Assembly (NCBI RefSeq): GCF_018977255.1 | Contig: NW_024704743.1 | Coordinates: 1,984,001-2,048,000, forward strand | DNA length: 64,000 nt | From: Callorhinchus milii | Lineage: Eukaryota | Direction of reading: 5' to 3' | In this document: positions 26,967-40,129 of the stretch, piece after piece | Position numbering within the stretch: position 1 is the first letter of the stretch | Layout: each line of letters starts with the position of its first letter | Position numbers and translations under genes: made by a program | The notes under the pieces: model-generated | Databases searched by the model: none | What the model was told of the DNA's origin: nothing | What the model saw: only the letters and a program-made list of their open reading frames with translations

Positions 26967-29494
26967 AGACTAAGTGAATCCAAAGTCCTGCTGTGGGGCT
27001 TGAATTTACAACTCAGAGGCAAGATTACAACCACCTGAGTCAGGCTGACAAATATATAATAATAATAATAATAATAATAGTAATCCTTGCATTTGATACA
27101 GCGCCTTATCACGCCTTCGAGACGTCTGAAAGCGCTTCACGGGATAACACTGTAATGTGTGTGTGAATTGACTGTATGTTTTGTGAGCGAAACGACAGGT
27201 TTCACTCGCAGACAAAGCACAATGAAGGAAGGGGTCTGAATGCTTTTGCACAGCTCGCTGCTTTATAGCTTATCTGCCTCTAGCACTGGGCGGGCTACAC
27301 CTGTTCAAACTCTCAATATCAACGTTTTAATTGGATCTGACTGGCCTCGCGCCAACCCCACCACACAGCAAACAAGTCTCAAATATCAATCCTCAAACCA
27401 CTTCCACAGATAATAATAATCCTTGCGTTCAATATAGCGCTTTTTTCACGTCATCTCGACGTCTCAAAGCACTTCACAGGGTACACTGTCAAGTGAATTG
27501 ACCGTATATTTGTGGGCGAAACGCGGCAGCCGATCGGCACAGCAGCGTCCCCACAAACAGCCGTGGATTGAAAATGACCCATTTATTATTGTTTGTTTTG
27601 GAGGGATTACTATTTGGAGCGTGGAGTAAGGACACTTGCCCAAGGTTTCGCCCTCTGCCTGGAATTGAACCCAGGTGTCTCGCTTGCAAGGCGAGTGCTC
27701 TAACCACCGAGCTACACGACTCTACAATTGTAGGCCTGACTACAATTCCTGATTGATACAGCGCCTTATCACGTCTTCGAGATGTCTCAAAGCACTTCAC
27801 AGAATATACTGCAAAGCGAATTGACTCTATATATTGTGGGCGAAACGCGGCAGCCAATTGCGCACAGCAGCGTCCCCACAAACAGCCGTGGGTCGAGTGA
27901 CCACTTTATTCATTATTATTTGGGGGGGGATTTTTTATTTTGAAGGAATTTTTATCCCTGGAAAAGCAGGGCTCTAATAATCCCTTCGAATAAAAAATAA
28001 TAATAATTTGGTCACTCAATCCACGACTGTTTGTGGGGATGCAATTGGCTGCTGCATTTCGCCCATAAAACACACAGTCAATTCACTTTACGGAATATCC
28101 TGTGAAGCTCTTTGAGACGTCTCGATGACATGATAAGGCGCTGTATCAAATGCAAGGTTTATTATTATAATTATTATAATTATTATTATTTGGGGGAATC
28201 GAGAACGAAAAGCAAACTGTTCTCGCCGGGGGTTTGAGGACTGCACGGGCAGCCGGCTATGTTGATAATACCATCCCAATCCTTTTCATTGGTAGGAATG
28301 TAATTTGTTACGGCAATTTGCCTTTTGAGTAAGTCTCTCCATTATCGCAGATTATTTCTATTACCTTTAAGGCTCACACCTACCAGGCAAAGCGGATTTG
28401 CCAGAATCCAAACAGTGGGAGAGAAGAAAAGGATTTGGACTTGTGTTAAGTTCTTTTGAACGCTGCTGTAAGCAATCTGTTTGGCAGTACAAAATGTCAA
28501 ATTGCTCTGAGCTGAATGTAATCATCAGATGTGTCAAAAAATGAATACGGTGGAAGCTTTCTAACGGGATCACCCTCTCTGGCAAATCAACTGCTTCGCT
28601 CAGTCGACCGTGCTAAACGAAAAAATAATAATACTCCTGGCATTTGATACAGCGCCTTATCACGTATAGTGTTGTGACTGTGTGTTTCGTGGGCGAACAT
28701 ATCGAAGTTCCCTCGCTTACATTGCATTGCGCTGCAATTTGAATTGAACCCAGCGATGATAAACACGCAGGGGTTTCGAAACGTGCGCAGTTAAACATAA
28801 GGCTCGTTTCTTCGCGAGCGATTGCCTTAAAATTTTCACAGATCGGTTGTCTTCAAATAATATTAATCTTTGTATTTTGGTGGCAGCAGCCTGCACACCG
28901 AGAGGACTCTTCAATGGGGTTCGTAGGATTTACGGTGAAGTGTAGTGACGGTGTATTTTTGTAGGCAGACAGTACAAGCCAAAAGAAGGTGTACAGACAG
29001 CCACTTAATGCACGCTAACCTTCGGCCGCGCTTTCAGCCACCGAGGCTCTGGAACTCCCTTCCTCACTCCCTTCGCCTCGTTCCCTCTCCTCTTATTTTC
29101 AGGTCTCTGCTGAAGACCTTTCTTTTCGACCGCGCCTTTGGTCACCTTCCTCCGCCCCTCCCCCCGGCTCGGCCGCTCTGAGACGCCGTCCGGCGTGGAG
29201 GGCGCTACATAAATCCCGAGTTGTTGCTGGTGTTGTTGTTGGATGATCCCAGCCTTTTTTTGTTTGTGGATGAGCTGGTTTGTTTACAGTGATTGCTGCA
29301 AACAGAACCCAATTCTGGCGTCAATACACCACAAATGTTCCCAGAAAAATGGAAAGATTTGGCGTCCACAAAATATTTGATTATTTCTGCCCTTGCAAAT
29401 CGCTTGCCAAACTCCACTCAATCACTCTCTGCAGTTAGGAAAGCAGAGTGCACCTCTCAGGAGAGTGAGAGGGGGAGTGTGATTCCAACTAGGG

Positions 29495-29975
29495 AACAAC
29501 AACAACAACAAGATTACAGGTGTATAGCACCTTTCCCGTCAGGAGGACGTCCCAAGGCGGTGGACAGTGACAGTATTTCAGACCCGAGCTGGAGTCTGGG
29601 GTGGGGAGAAGGGAGGGGAGGGGAAGGGGGGTGGCCGATGGCATGGTCAAAGAGGAGGGTTTTGAGGCGGGACTTGAAGGAGGCTAAGGAGGGGGTGAGG
29701 CGGAGTGATTGGGGGATGGAATTCCAGAGGTTGGGGGCAGAGTGGCTGAAGGCTCTCCCGCCAATGGTGAGGCAAGCGAGGCGGGGGAACGTGAGATAGG
29801 CCGGAGCCGGCTGAGCGGAGGGAGCGGGCGGGTTGGTAGGGAGTTAGGAGGTCGTAGAGGTAGGGTGGGGGCGAGGCCATGGAGGGCTTTGTAGGTGAGG
29901 ACCAGGATCTTGACCTGGATCCTCTGTGTGATGGGAAGCCGGTGGAGTCGGGCGAGGATGGAGATGGTAGGGTCG
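29495..29975 (-). mobile_element. L2 LINE 3' fragment
   Basis: LARLHRLPITQRIQVKILVLTYKALHGLAP on the minus strand, plus the L2 tail and (TTG)n. Confidence 0.85.
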
Positions 29976-30295
29976 ACTGTGCGTTTTGTGGGCGAGGTGT
30001 GGCAGCCGGTTGCACACAGCAGTGACATAAACAGCCATGGATCGAGTGGTCAAATCATTTTTAAATATTTTGAAGGGTTTTGAAAATACACATCAACTTG
30101 CGTTGATACATCCTTCACGCAGCATGTTCTGTGAAGCGCTTTGAGACGTCTCGAAGACGTGAAAAGGCGTTATATCAAATGCAAGGATTACATAGGTTAA
30201 AGTCTCGGAGTGCTTCACCAGTACAGGGTCAGACACGGAGCAAAGGAGAAGGGGGAGGTGACCTCCGATTTTATTCCTAGTCCAATACTTTTCCT

Positions 30296-30895
30296 TTGGA
30301 GGAGTTAAGTGTTCATGCCTTCATCCCCCTCAGGCTCGACTATGCAAACGCCCTGCTTGTTGGCCTTCCCAACTCCTCCCTCCACAGGCCGCAGATAATC
30401 CAGAACTCTCCCGCACCAAACTCCATGACCCCATCCCCCCCATTCTCGCCCGACTGCATTGGCTCCCTATCCTTCAGAGGTTCCAGTTCAAGTTCCTGGT
30501 CCTCACACACAAAGCCCTCCACGGCCTCGCCCCACCCTAACTCTGCGACCTCCTAACACCCTACCAACCCGCCCGCTCCCTCCGCTCAGCAGGCTCCGGC
30601 TGCTCCACGTCCCCCGACCCACCCGCCCCACCATTGGTGGGAGAGCCTTCAGCCACTCTGCCCCCAACCTCTGGAATTCCATTCCCCAATCACTCCGCCT
30701 CGCCCCCCNTCCTTAGCCTCCTTCAAGTCCCAGCTCAAGACCCTCCTCTTCGACTATGCCATCGGCCACCCACCCCTTCCCCTCTCCTCCCTTATCCCCC
30801 TGACCCCAGCTCAGGTCTGAAATGCTGTCACTGTCCAATGGCTTGGGACGTCCTCCCGACGTGAAAGGCGCTGTACACATGTCATCTTGTTGTTA
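30296..30895 (+). mobile_element. L2 LINE 3' fragment
   Basis: HAFIPLRLDYANALLVGLPNSSLHRPQIIQNS, ending in GGGACGTCCTCCCGACGTGAAAGGCGCT...TTGTTG. Confidence 0.88.
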
Positions 30896-32065
30896 AGTGA
30901 CAAGAACACATTAACTGCTTCAGTTGAGAGTCTCCTCTACAACTGGAGCAAATGCCGTATAGCAAGATAAAGGTTGAACCTCTCCTACCTTAAGACTTGT
31001 TAATTTTTTACTGATATCCTCCAGTTCAGTGCTCGCATTCCGGTGTGAAATATATTTACTTTTGACTGCGTTACTCTACCCTGTCAGCATTTTAGAGATT
31101 CAATGTGCTGCCTCTTGAATTTTTCTCCCGTGAAAACAAGTTCAACCATTTGTGAACCTGGCTCGCTTGGGCGCACGTTCCACAGAGGCTTGTGGGTTCA
31201 ACCCCGCGTTGGGTCATGAAACTCATTTAGACCACATTGACACTTCAGTGCACTCCTGGGTGTTGGGTAAGGGTGGGGGTTGGGGGGGGTGGTGGGGGTG
31301 GGGGGGAGTTTGCTGCATTGTTGGGGGTTCTGTCCTTCAAATCAAATGTTAAACCAGGGTTTAACATTGACATGAAATCCTGTATCTCAGTGGTTAGAGC
31401 CCTCGCCTCGCAAGTGAGAGCCCTGGGTTTGATTCCCGGGCAGGGCAAAACCTTGGGCACGTTTCCTCTCCACACACACACACACACGCCTCCGTTCACC
31501 CAGCAGTAAGTTGAAATCTCCCGGTAATCGAATCCAGGTCCTTTCGCTTGCGAGGCGAGGAGTAATAATCAATTATTATTACCCTTGGAACATAACAAAA
31601 CAAGAGAGGAAAGGTCCCTGAACTCACTATATGCCCCAGGACATTCTCCTTCCCAAAACAGAGTGAAACGGAATGGATTTTGGCACCAAAGGCTATGCCT
31701 GTAGCCAAATCCTCACATCCTCTACAGACAGTGCTTTTGCTGCCCCCAATGTGCAGCCAAAATACATATTAAACAATGTGTTTTCGAAGCCCAATGGGCT
31801 GAGGTCACCAGCAGCAGCAACAACAACTTGCATTTGTATTTCGTTCTCCACGCGGGGCAGGGTCTTGGAGCGCTTAAGAGTGGTGGATGGAGTCCGACAC
31901 CGAGCCCTGGGGAGGGAAGGAGGTGACCGTGAGCAGGGGCGATCGAAGAGAAAGGTCTTCAGTCGTGATCTAGAAGAGAAGCCAATTGTGCCCAGCAGCG
32001 TCCCCACAAACAGTTGTGGATTAAGTGACCAAATTATTATTATTATTATTATTATTTTTTAAATT

Positions 32066-32372
32066 TAATCCTTGCATTTGATATAGCGCTTTTCACGTCG
32101 GGACGACGTCCCAAAGCGCTTCACAGAACACACTGTAAAGTGAATTGACTGTATATTTGTGGGCGAACGCGGCAGCCAATTGTGCACCGCAATGTCCCAC
32201 AAACAGTCGTAGATTGAAAATGACCAATTTAATTATTGTTTTGGTTTTGGAGGATTATTATTAGGCTCTGTGTGGAGTAAGGAAACTTGCCCGAGGTTTC
32301 GCCCTCTGCCTGGAATTGAACTCAGGTCTCTCACTTGCAAAGCGAGTGCTCAACCACTGAGCTACAGGACTC
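32066..32372 (-). mobile_element. Short-subfamily SINE, full length
   Basis: tRNA head with TTTGCAA loop, lacks the middle block, LINE-like GGGACGTC..GACGTGAAAAGCGC tail. Confidence 0.9.
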
Positions 32373-33734
32373 TATTAAAAAAAATTTGATCGGATTATTT
32401 ACCCCTGGAAAAGAGTCGCCTCAAAGACATGATAAGGCGCCATATCAAATGCAAGGATTATTATTATCATCAGCAGCTACATAAAACATCAGTCCAACCA
32501 ATTTTGAAAGCACATAACGTTTCCCCAGGAACAACGGGTGCGTAAAGTTTCCTCGGAGATACTCCAAGAGAGGAAAACCGCAGCGAGAAACGATAGCAAG
32601 AATAATCTGACGTTAAATGAGCGACTTCAGTAACAATAACTGTTGCAGCACCAGCTGCACGCTCCTAGCTACCGGCTGATAAGACACTCCAGGCCCTCCA
32701 GCTCGCAATCGTTCACGATTTCTGAATACTGAAACACTGTTGTGGAGACTGCTTGCTGGGATTTGAGCGGCCTCGATCTACATCGCAAAGCCGCTGGGAA
32801 CCTGGACTCGCCGAGCCCGGACGGTAGAGGACAGAGTCCGTGGCGAGTTTCAAGAGGGGAAGCGGACAGGTGTACGAAAACGGTTTCCGGGGATTATATG
32901 GGGAGAGGGCGAGGCTGCGACACTGAATGGACAGCTTGCTCCATGAGCTGGTGTGGGACTCGATGAGCTGAATAATAATAATAATAATAATAACAGTAAT
33001 GATAATAAATAAGCCTGGCCTGATCCACTATCAGCATTTGGGCCTTTCCGCCCCACCCTCTGGAACTCCTCCATCTCGCACACACACACCCCCCACACTC
33101 CAGCTCTCTTTCCTCCTTCAAGGCCCATCTTCAGACCTTCCTTTCTTTTAGCCGTGCCACTCCTGCACAGTGTGGGCGGGATGACAGAACCTTATAAAGT
33201 ACGAGCTGTTTAGTGGGATCCTTCAACTCTCTTCTTCGGGTGGAGCGAGGCTGCTCTGTGTTGCGTTGGCGGCCAAAAGCCCTGGGCTGTTGCCATCGTC
33301 TGGGCAGTCACCCCAGCAGATGCTGTTGGGGTGGAATAATTACTGGAGCCTCGAAGGAGTTTGAAAATGTGCAAAGAGCTAATGGGTGGCAGTCGGATGT
33401 TTATAGAAGAAGGGACCACTCATCAGAACTAATCCTGCGTTGTTTTTTTATTTGACTCTGCGTGGACTTTTCTTGTCTGTCTGTCTGAACACGTTTAATC
33501 AGCGGCTCCGTATAAGATGGCATAAAACACACACTGCAACGACCACGCCGACGACAGTCTGCATCATCACTGCGAGTCACGTCCTACCCAATCTCTAACA
33601 CAACAATAACAGCAGCAAGATTACACAATCAAAAGAGCCCAGATTACCCCAGGTTTCAGCCTTTTACACCGTTGTCTTACGGTTTATGCACTGCCCCACT
33701 GGATTTTAGGAAAAATTCTACGTTTATACATACA

Positions 33735-34549
33735 TGGTGGGGGGGGGTGGGGGTGTGTGGTGTCTGTGTGTGTGTCTGTGTGTGTGTCTGTGTGTGTGTG
33801 GGGTGTGTGTGTCTGTGTGTGTGGTGTCTGTGTGTGTGTGGGGTGTGTGTGTGTGGGGGGGGGGGGTGTGTGGGTGTGTGTCTGTGGGTGTGTGTTGTCT
33901 TGTGTGTGTGTGGGGGGGTGTGTGTGTGGGTGTGTGTGTGTGGGGGGGGTGTGGTGGGTGTGGGTGTTGTGTGGGGTGTGTGTGTGTGTCTGTGTGTGTG
34001 GTGTCTGTGTGGGGGGTGTGTGTGGGGGTGTGTGGGTGTTGTGTGTGTGTGGTGTGTGGGGGGGGGGTGTGTGTGGTGTCTGTGTGTGTGGTGTCTGTGT
34101 GTGTGTGGGGGGTGTGTGTGTGGGTGTGTGTGTGTGGTGTGTGTGTGTGTGTGTGTGGGGTGTGTGTGTGTGGGGTGTGTGTGTGTGTGGTGTCTGTGTG
34201 TGTGTGGGGGGGGGTGTGTGTGGTGTCTGTGTGTGTGTCTGTGTGTGTGTCTGTGTGTGTGTGTGGGTGTGTGTGTCTGTGTGTATGTGGTGTCTGTGTG
34301 TGTGGGGGGGGGGTGGGGGGGGTGTGTGTGGTGTGTGTGTGTGTGTGGGAGGGGGGGTATGTGTGGGGGGTGTGTGTGTGTGGGGTGTGTGTGTCTGTGT
34401 GTGTGGTGTCTGTGTGTGTGGTTGTCTGTGTGTGTGTGGGTGTGTGTGTGTGTGTGTGTGGTGTCTGTGTCTGTGTGTGTGTGTGTGTGTGGTGTCTGTG
34501 TGTCTGTGTGTGTGTGTGTGTGTGTGGTGTCTGTGTGTGTGGTGTCTGT

Positions 34550-34585
<36 letters not shown>

Positions 34586-34616
34586 CGGTGGGGTGTGGTG
34601 TGTGTGTCTGTGTGTC

Positions 34617-34649
<33 letters not shown>

Positions 34650-35075
34650 GGGGGGGGTGTGTGGTGTCTGTGTGTCTGTGTGTGTGTCTGTGTGTGTGTG
34701 TGGGTGTGTGTGTGTCTGTGTATGTGGTGTCTGTGTGTGTGGGGGGGGTGTGGGGGGGTGTGTGTGTGTGTGTGTGTGTGGGAGGGGTATGTGTGGGGGT
34801 GTGTGTGTGTGGGTGTGTGTGTCTGTGTGTGTGTTAGTGTGTGTGTGGGTGTCTGTGTGTGTGGGTGTGTGTGTGGTGTGTGTGGTGTCTGTGTGTGTGT
34901 GTGGGTGTGGGTGTGTGTGTGGGGTGTGTGTGTGGTGTGTGTGTGTGTGGGGGTGTGTGGGTGTGTGTGGGTGTGTGTGTGTGTGTGTCTGTGTGTGTGG
35001 TGTCTGTGTGTGTGTGGGTGTGTGTGTGTGTGTCTGTGTGTGTGGTGTGTGTGTGTGGGGGTGGGGGGGGGGGGT
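33735..35075. repeat. Complex (GT)n/G-run microsatellite, about 1.3 kb
   Basis: GT runs punctuated by GGTGTCT and poly-G. Confidence 0.97.
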
Positions 35076-35479
35076 TACATATCGATGCAGTTCCCATCGG
35101 GATATCTCAGGTAAACAGTGCTGACAGATGACCTGTGGGTGTCCAGGAAAGCAGAGGATCAATCCCTGTGTTGATAGAGCTCCTTGTAATAATATTAGTG
35201 ATGATAATAACCCTTGTGTTTGATGCTACAGTGCCTTGCAGTAGTAATAATAATGATAATACTTGTATTTATCAGAGCTCCTTGGAATAATCATAATAAT
35301 CCTTGTGTTTGACACAACACCTTATCACGTCATCGAGACGTCTCAACGTGCTTTACGGGATAGACTGTAAAGTGGGTTGACCGTATATTTTGTGGGAGAA
35401 ACACTCTATTTTGAGGGGTTATTTTATGTTACGTTATGACCCTCGGCTCATATTTGTCTCACGTCTTTCCTTCCTCCCA

Positions 35480-35816
35480 CCAGCATTCTCTTCCCTCGCC
35501 CCCGCCTGCCCCCATCCCTTCGTTGCTCTGATTTATTTTGTTAGGATTTCTCCTCTGATCTGAAGGGTCACACAAACACACACACAGACACACACACACA
35601 CACACACACACACATCAGCTGCAAAGCGGATTTATCTTTTAAAAAATACAAGCTTGCGTTGAATATCTCTCTCCTCGTTTCAGTCGCCTTTAGTCTCCAG
35701 TGAGCAGGGAATTGCTTTATTAAATGCGTAGTTTGTCTGAGCATTTAGAAATATTCCATACATTGGAATATTGTATAATATAGTAGTTTGTGGGAACGGT
35801 GTTAGGGTTTTGTTTG
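35480..35816 (+). other. Candidate promoter and non-coding first exon of INSIG1
   Basis: Unique segment with a GC-box-like CCCCGCC near 35500 and a good donor TTG|GTGAGT at 35817. The acceptor at 38887 needs an upstream exon. No transcript evidence. Confidence 0.3.
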
Positions 35817-36111
35817 GTGAGTTTTACAAAAAGAAACGACTCTGAGTGTGTATATGTGTGTGTTTACTGCATGAAATTGTTGCGTTTCTTCCGTTGCTGA
35901 ATAAAAGCTGTGCATTTTGTGTGTGTTTTACCCACAAAGTATACAGTCACTCCACTTTACAGTATATTCTGTGAGGCGCTTTGAGACGTCTCAACTACGC
36001 GATAAGGTGCTGCATCAAATGCAAGTATTATTATTATCATTAGTATTAAAGTAGAGAGGCGGGAGTGCTTTAAAACAATGGGAAATCATTTATCGATTTA
36101 CTTTTATTGGG

Positions 36112-36396
36112 AAGTCCTGCAGCTCAGGGGTCAGAGCCCTCGCCTCGCGAGCGAGAGGACCCGGGTTCAATTCCCGGGCAGGTCAGGGCGAGACATCGGG
36201 CAAGTTTCCTCACTCCCCACACACACACGAGCGCCTCTGTTTACTAGCGGTCAGTAGGAACCCGGTTGTTAGTCGATTGACGGATCACTTCTCCGGCAGT
36301 AATAATTCCTTCAAAAAAAAAAATAATTGGCCACCCCACCCGCGGCTGTTTGTGGGGGACGCTGCTGCGCGCGATCGGCTGCCGCGTTTCGCCCAC
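36112..36396 (+). mobile_element. Long-subfamily SINE cut off by an assembly gap (25 N at 36397-36421)
   Basis: Consensus match runs into the N stretch. Confidence 0.88.
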
Positions 36397-36699
36397 NNNN
36401 NNNNNNNNNNNNNNNNNNNNNTAGATAAAAAAAAATCCCTGGATTTGATACGAATAATAATCCTTACATTTGCCTTGTCACGTCCTTGAGACGTCTCATA
36501 GCCCTTCACAGGAGACACTGTAAAGTGGAGCGACTGTGCACTTTCTGGGCGAAACTCAGCAGCCAATTGCGCACAGCAGTGTCGCAAACAAACAGTCGTG
36601 GATTGAGCGACCAATTTTTTTTGAGGGATTATTACCCCCGGGATCCTACTTGCTGGTTGGTAAAAAATCCGACTCATCCCTCAGATTTACCAAACCAGC

Positions 36700-36972
36700 G
36701 CGACCCACAGCTGTCCTTCCTTCCCCACATTCGACCCCTGACCAGGACCGCCTTCCTCCACCTCCGCCACACTGCCCGCTTCCGACTGTACCTCACCCCA
36801 GACCCCCCCCGAAAAACTCGTCCATGCATTCGTCACTTCCCAACTGGACTTCTCAAATGCCCTCTTTTCCGGTCTCCCCAGCTCCACCGTCCACAGATCC
36901 AAAACTCCACCGCCCACATACTCACCCGCACGAAACTCCGTACCCCCATCACACCAGTCCCAGCCACTCTCC
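36700..36972 (+). mobile_element. L2 LINE RT fragment
   Basis: DPQLSFLPHIRPLTRTAFLHLRHTARFRLYLT...IQNSTAHILTRTK. Confidence 0.8.
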
Positions 36973-37496
36973 AAACAAGTGTACGGAGTAAGGAAACTTG
37001 CCCAACATTTCACCCCAGCCAGGAACCAAACCCAGGTCCTCTCGCTTGCGAGGTGAGGACTCTAACCCCTGAGCTACAGGCCTCCACATGTGAGGAAAAC
37101 TAACTGAAAGTTAAGATCATGTCAATTTCTGAGCAGGTCAAACCCCTAACAGGTTAAAATTTGTTTTTGTTGGGTGCCGTGCCACTTGCAGCACTAGTGA
37201 ATGAGTCTGGGCTCGGGGCCTGCGATAAGCAGGGATCAACTGGCTCTGGCAGGTCAGCCCCCACTTGTCCTCACTCCCTGCTGTGGAGGGGAAATGTAAA
37301 GCTCTCCCCCAGCGAGTGAGCCATATGCCAACTGGTAGGAGTGGTGTTTCCTGCCTGCCTGGAACTGGGAGACTGCCAAAATGTCTGCCTCCCTCTACCC
37401 CCCCACAAGACAAACTGCCTGCTTTTCCAACCCCTCTCACGATGCAGACTCGGATCAGCGTAGGAGGATATGCAAATACTGTGAACAGCCTGAATT

Positions 37497-37882
37497 GTCC
37501 TGCAGCTCAGGGGTTAGAGCCCTCACCTCGCGAGCGAGAGGACCCGGGTTCGATTCCCGGGCAGGTCAGGGCGAGACATTGGGGAAGTTTCCTCACTCCA
37601 CACACACACACACACACACGCCTCTGTTTACCGGCAGTCAGTAGGAACCCGGTTGTTAGTCCATTGGTGGATCACGTTTCTGGGGGTTAATAATCTCTCT
37701 TCCAAAAATATAAATAAAAATAATTTGGTGACTCAATCCACGGCTGTTTGTGGGGGACGCTGCTGTGCGCAATCGGCTGCCGCGTTTCGCCCATAAAACA
37801 TACAGTCAATTCACTTTACAGTGTATTCGATGAAGCGCTTTGAGACGTGATAAGGCGTTAGATCAAATGCCAGGATTATTAT
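37497..37882 (+). mobile_element. Full-length long-subfamily tRNA-derived Deu-domain SINE (representative of dozens of copies and fragments)
   Basis: A box (CAGCTCAGGGG here, TAGCTCAGTGG in other copies), B box GGTTCGATTCC, (CA)n, Deu-like GCTGTTTGTGGG..GCTGTGCGCAA(T/C)GGCTGCCGCGTTTC, L2-like tail and (TAT)n. Confidence 0.92.
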
Positions 37883-38954
37883 GATCACTGTTATGCATTA
37901 GAAGTATAGAGATCCGTCATATGAAAGGTTCAGTTAAAAGAGTTTTGGCTCAAACTGCACTTGTTGCTCTGCTCGCACCACACCAGACATCTGCCTGCTT
38001 CCTGACTGCTGAGCTTGTAACTTGTTCAAGTCAGAAGCAGTTCTGAGCTGTGAATTCATGCCAAGTAGGTACAGGGTTCAATCGGATCAAGCTAATTTCC
38101 CTCATGCCACTCAGCAACAAAGGGAGGGAAAGGGAGAGACCGGGAGAGGGAGAGAGAAGGGAATCATCTAATTGGCCTGGGCTGGACCAGACTTGAGTTA
38201 GAACAAGAAAAGGCTGTCGTGTTTCAATCCGCTTCCAGTCCGTTGGACTTTGACACAAATAGTAATTATCCTCGCTTTTATGACATACTTGATAATTTAT
38301 AATAATGCGCTAATTGAAAGAAAAATACTACTAATAATGCTTGCATTTGATGTAGCTCTTTATCACATCTTTGAGACGTCTCAAAGCACTTCACAGGATG
38401 GACTGTAAAGTGAATCAACTGTATGTTTTGTGGGCGAAAGTTATCAGTTTTGAAAACAAGTGGGTTCCAAATTGAGGCGGAATGCGTACTCTCTCCCGGG
38501 AGGAATGCGTTCTACGTACCAAATTGCCGAGACTATTAGACACTGATTGGCAAGTGCCAAGGCTTGGGGACTCTGCTGGAGTTGGACCGGCTAAAGCTCC
38601 ATTGAAAGCACAGCCTTCCCACTGCTTATCCTAAAACTGCCGGCCCTACCCCTTAGGGATAACCAGAGCTGAGTGGGAAGAATCTGGCTCTCTGCCGCCC
38701 CACCCTATCCTTCCACAGAGCAAATAAAACACACAGTCAATTCACTTTACAGTGTTTCCCGTGAAGCGCTTTGAGACGTCTCGACGACGTGATCAGGCGC
38801 TGTGACAAATGCCGGGATTATTATCATTACTATTATTATTATTATTCTCATCCTCTCTCTTCTCTTTCCCCCTTTTCCCTTCCCAAGGCCCGGAGTTGTG
38901 CTGACAGCTGCCCAACTAACCGTGTAAGTACCGGGAATTCCGAGAGTACCCCAA

Positions 38955-39285
38955 ATGCCCAGGATCGAAGAGGCTTGTTGGACGTGCAGTTGCACAAGAG
39001 CTCGCACATCCAAAACCACCTCCGGCACTCTGCTCGTGGCCAAAGTCCACGAGATGATGACCATCGTTACCTCCATCTTGGGCAGCGCCTACTGCTCTCT
39101 GCTTAGCAGCCAAACCTTGAACATGTTCCGTCGAGGCTTCGTCCTCTTCACCGTGGGTGTCTTCCTCGCACTGGTGCTCAACCTGCTCCAGATCCAAAGG
39201 CACGTGACCCTTTTCCCCGAGGAGGTTATCGCCACCATCTTCTCCTCCGCCTGGTGGGTGCCTCCTTGCTGCGGCACAGCTGCAG
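38955..39285 (+). CDS. INSIG1: INSIG1 first coding exon (331 nt coding; exon probably starts at 38888 after a polypyrimidine tract and AG)
   Basis: Translates [13 protein letters not shown]...[51 protein letters not shown], matching INSIG1. Ends at CAG|GTAAG (intron starts 39286, phase 1). Confidence 0.97.
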
Positions 39286-39728
39286 GTAAGATAGCCAGAG
39301 TTGGGGTTGGAGGAGCGGAGTGGTGGGGGGGGTGGGAGGGGCAGGCGGTGGGTTAGGGTTAGGGTGGGTGGGGGCAGAGAGGCAATCGAATTCGTAACCC
39401 CTCAATTTTAGGGCAATTGTATTACGTCGCTGTGTGCAAATATCGCGTTATGCCCTGAAAATATACACAGTCAATCCACTTTACGGCCTATCCTCAAAGC
39501 GCTTTGAGATGTCGTGCTAAGGCGCTGAGTCAAATGCAAAGATTATTATTATATTATTGTTGCTTATGGCAGAATCAAAGGGCCTCGGTTTGTTACCTAT
39601 GGTTTGGATGCTCTTACGTATGGTGATGGGTTTTTGCATGTGTCAGACACCCACCCGGTTGACCCCCAAAAAATTGGTTCCCAGGCAAGCTCACCACTAA
39701 CATAGGGAAAAGGGTACGTTAAGCTTGT

Positions 39729-39836
39729 GGAGTCCCTGTAGCTCAGGGGTTCGAGCCCTCGCCTCGCGAGCGAGAGGACCCGGGTTCGATTCCCGGGCAG
39801 GTCAGGGCGTAACGTTGGGCAAGTTTCCTCACTCCA

Positions 39837-39873
<37 letters not shown>

Positions 39874-40060
39874 GCCTCTGTTTACCAGCGGTCAGCAGGA
39901 ACCCGGTTGTTAGTCGATTGGCGGATTACTTTTCTGAGGGTAATAATCCTTTCAAAAAATAATAATAACTTGGTCACTCAATGCACGGCTGTTTGTGGGG
40001 ACGCTGCTGCGCCGCGTTTCACCCACAAAATATGCAGTCGATTCACTTTACGGTGTATTC
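39729..40060 (+). mobile_element. Long-subfamily SINE in INSIG1 intron
   Basis: Same consensus, 3' tail missing. Confidence 0.88.
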
Positions 40061-40129
40061 TTAATATTATTATTAAATGCAATGTTGGGGGTGAAAGCGG
40101 GGAGAAATGGGGCCACAGAGCTGTGCAGT

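Noticed and set aside
33385..33435. Second hammerhead-like motif on the minus strand (AGTT-CTGATGA...TAAAC...GACT)
   Set aside because: GAAA is broken and helix II does not pair well; at most a very decayed relative.
33672..35162. 367-492 aa ORFs on both strands
   Set aside because: (GT)n/G-run microsatellite artefacts.
37497..37570. Apparent tRNA-Ala genes (many copies)
   Set aside because: Imperfect acceptor stems, and each continues into a SINE body; they are SINE heads.
39286..39356. 3' part of the 133-aa ORF 38955-39356
   Set aside because: Read-through into the intron after the CAG|GTAAG donor; INSIG similarity stops at GTAA.
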